The notes under the pieces were generated by a model that saw nothing but the letters and a program-made list of their open reading frames with translations, did not search any database and was not told the DNA's origin. A stretch of 64,000 nt of DNA. Origin: Schmidtea nova. Its lineage: Eukaryota. Of the stretch, positions 63,625 through 64,000 are shown piece by piece. Numbering within the stretch: position 1 is the first letter of the stretch; each line of letters opens with the position of its first letter. The translations under genes were made by a program, and so were the position numbers. Location: the NCBI GenBank assembly GCA_044892505.1, contig CM097884.1, forward strand, positions 110,236,001-110,300,000, given 5' to 3'.

Positions 63625-63775
63625 TTCTGTCAATAATTACACAATATTATCATTTGTTTTTCCCAGTTTTGAGGTATTCATTTTTTTGGATTTTTAAATT
63701 TTTATTATACAAATATATTCTACTTTTATAATACAATATAATTTTATACACTATATTCACTGTTCCTTCCACTGG

Positions 63776-64000
63776 TTACTCTGACAACTTGCGTTTCGAC
63801 GACATTCTGATGTTCTCATCTGGCTCGACGGTTAATATGACTTTTACGTTTTCTTGGGTGACTTTTGAACCATTATGTGTTACTATCTGACATACGAGTG
63901 TTCTAAACATTTCTTGTGATGCTTTCTTTTTGTAAACACAGATTTTATATTTTGTTTCTCGTTTTAATCTATTTATTCGGATTTCTCCTTCTTCTGCTTG
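63776..64000 (-). CDS. 3' end of a further ORF entering from beyond the window
   Basis: 75 codons open from 64000 to TAA at 63776-63778 (QAEEGEIRINRLKRETKYKICVY...KRKLSE*). Not in the ORF track. Confidence 0.65.
   Translation of the reverse strand, partial: QAEEGEIRINRLKRETKYKICVYKKKASQEMFRTLVCQIVTHNGSKVTQENVKVILTVEPDENIRMSSKRKLSE

Noticed and set aside
55645-64000. Firm assignment to an NCLDV, poxvirus or Polinton
   Set aside because: No capsid, polymerase, packaging ATPase or integrase in the window. The AAAATTGTGAAAAT promoter-like motif upstream of the IAP is not repeated consistently.

Overview
Very AT-rich eukaryotic (invertebrate-like) genomic DNA from a gapped assembly (3 N-runs). 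A planarian-type host is my inference, not shown by the sequence. Positions 1-49.8 kb are mostly decayed transposons: hAT copies (one in an inverted, head-to-head arrangement), two mariners, a MULE-type MITE with a 9-bp TSD, several Penelope-like retroelements with hammerhead-ribozyme motifs, three Ty3/Gypsy elements and a non-autonomous Helitron. This part also holds one intact multi-pass membrane ORF and two in-frame chimeric gene relics (MAT::DDX43-like helicase; RPS5::PTB-like RRM). The right end (55.6-64 kb, continuing past the window) is different. It is a compact, single-strand cassette of at least 8 intronless ORFs: a TRAF (one nonsense codon), a BIR-RING IAP, three coiled-coil proteins, two signal-peptide/coiled-coil/TM proteins and a truncated ORF. 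Most start codons have a 3' splice-acceptor-like YAG just upstream, and most spacers contain TGTAAATA. The cassette adjoins about 5.8 kb of ORF-poor, LTR-like DNA. Best hypothesis: the accessory-gene module of a giant retroelement or an endogenous virus carrying apoptosis/TNF-signalling modulators. No core replication gene for it is visible in the window, so its class cannot be proven here.
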